This document shows, piece after piece, positions 62,151 through 64,000 of a stretch of 64,000 nucleotides of DNA. The DNA is from Octopus bimaculoides (lineage: Eukaryota). Below the pieces are notes generated by a model. It did no database searches and was not told the DNA's origin. It was given only the letters and a program-made list of their open reading frames with translations. How positions within the stretch are numbered: position 1 is the first letter of the stretch; the number at the start of each line of letters is the position of its first letter. The position numbers were made by a program, and so were the translations under genes. Location: assembly GCF_001194135.2 (NCBI RefSeq), contig NC_068984.1:32075327-32139326 (forward strand), read 5' to 3'.

Positions 62151-64000
62151 TCATTGCAGTCGGCAAATACACAAATATATACTGCACTTATCAGTCCTTC
62201 TGTCTACCATGCTGTGTTTAGTTTATGATATTGGCAACTGAGTGTCCAGTTAGGGCAGTAATATTGTTGGTCAAGCTAGAATAAAATGAGATAATAATAT
62301 TATATACAATCAAATAATATTTCCTAGTTAAAGACATTCGGTAGGATGAAAATGATAAAGAGAGAGATATAAAAGAAGGAAATTTAGTAAGAATCAGAGA
62401 GTGACAGTAAGAGAATAAGGGGGGTTTAAACAAGCAAATGCTAGAGATAGAAAGTAAAATTGATTAAGGAGAATTAGAAGAGAATGTAACATATAATAAG
62501 ATATCAACAATTTATAAAATCCCATTTTCTTACTACAACTACCACCATCAAACCATCTCTACTACCACCACCACCACTACCACCCTGGGGCTCTTCAGAA
62601 AGCAATGGTAATATATTGGTACACCAATAGATCCTAAATTTGTTCTTGGAAAAATTCAATAAAAGCATTCTCCCACCTCTCATAAATCTGAGTTATATAT
62701 GTATGCTATTTTAGTTTGATCCACTACACTGCAAAAAGTCATTGAATGACTGCTAAAGAAGGTGAAGTTTACTAGGAAAGTTTAGTGGTGGTGGTGGTGG
62801 TGGTGTAGAGACAGATAGAAGTAAAATAAATAAATGATATAAAAACCACAAAATGAAACAATGAAAATAACAGACAGCCAAAACCTCATAAAATGTGTTG
62901 AATTGCTTTCTATAATGGCTTGCAATTGTCTGCATTTGAGTAGGTAATCTAGTTGAATGTCTATGCTCAAGGAACAACTGTTGTTACCAATTTCATATTA
63001 TCTATCTCCCTTCTCAACCAGAAGTAGACATTTTAGTTTTGGTTTTGTACATCAATTCATATTTCTCTTTCCAATTTTACAGCCAATTGTCAAATAACGA
63101 TCTCTCTCTCTCTCTCTCTCTCTCATTTTCATTTTTTCATTAGTATTTCTTTTATGTTTTTATCCTACATATCTATGGTTTTTATCCTCATCCTTTCTTC
63201 CGCTTTCTATTCAGTAATTTTTTTGAATGACATTTTGCAAACATGAAAATTCACTAGAGATATTTTTTCGCCCCATTTCTCATATAGAAATCTACATGAG
63301 AATTACCAAATATAAAATCCCAATATATAACTTTACTCTGAAGACAAAACCCAATTGAGCTGAAAGCATTTTATTGTAGATGGTTTGGAGAAGATTTTCT
63401 GACCAGCTCTTTTCAAAAACTAAAAAAACAACAAGGAATGAAAAACAAATCTGTTAATAGAATCAGAGCTGGTATCAAGTCATGATGATTTGTATACTTA
63501 TTTAAATTATCTCCATTATAATTTCCTACCTAACATTGTACAAGCTAGGCTATTAAAATGAGATGACTTGATGACAGTTATGTATTTTATAGGAAAAACT
63601 GAAGCACTTGATATTCTCTGACAAAAAAAAAGTGAGGAAAGAATGAAGAAAATTGAAAAAAAACCCCAAAAACTCAGAAGAAATGGAAATGGAAAGAGGC
63701 AGTATAAGACAGAAAGATGTTACAGTTGTAAAAGTTACCACTTTTTCAAAACAAATTTATTATTCTACTGAAATTGACTTATATCAGCAAGTTTTATCTG
63801 AAGAATGTGTACTGTGTTTATGACAATAATACACTTTGCTCACCATGTATGTGTCTTTATATAGATATCATGGTGTCTCTCACCATAAAATGGCTGTGCA
63901 GCTGACTAGCGACTTGTTAGTTCCAAGTAATGAGTTTAAAACTTTCTTTGGGCCTAGAGTAAGTAACAAAGAACTGTTCTAGTGTACTCTTCCTGTGAGA

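Noticed and set aside
256-64000. Most ORFs in the supplied track (VCVC, YIYI, HTHT, SLSL, IIII-rich)
   Set aside because: They are translations of microsatellites, N-gaps or SINE bodies

Overview
AT-rich, repeat-dense metazoan genomic DNA from a draft assembly with five N-gaps. The SINE families, microsatellite load and transposon remnants look like an octopus genome (recognised from memory, no database search was run). No complete host gene can be named, and nearly all ORFs in the track are microsatellite or repeat artefacts. Well-supported content: many copies of four SINE-type families, two mariner fragments, a near-full-length TIR-bounded Tc1/mariner (maT-like) element, R4/Dong-like and RTE-like LINE fragments, Penelope-like element (PLE) remnants and LTR remnants. 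Several short candidate exons fit a minus-strand gene on the left and a plus-strand gene starting near 43.6 kb, with a CpG-retaining block (~24.5-45 kb) between them. Two observations stand out. (1) A ~2.0 kb non-coding LTR-type element (29665-31695, minus strand, 4-bp GGAC flanking duplication) in which both LTRs carry a ~32-nt copy of the mature, CCA-ended 3' end of tRNA-Trp, alongside stacked tRNA-Trp primer-binding sites. (2) At least five type-I, PLE-style hammerhead ribozyme motifs between 41 and 59 kb.
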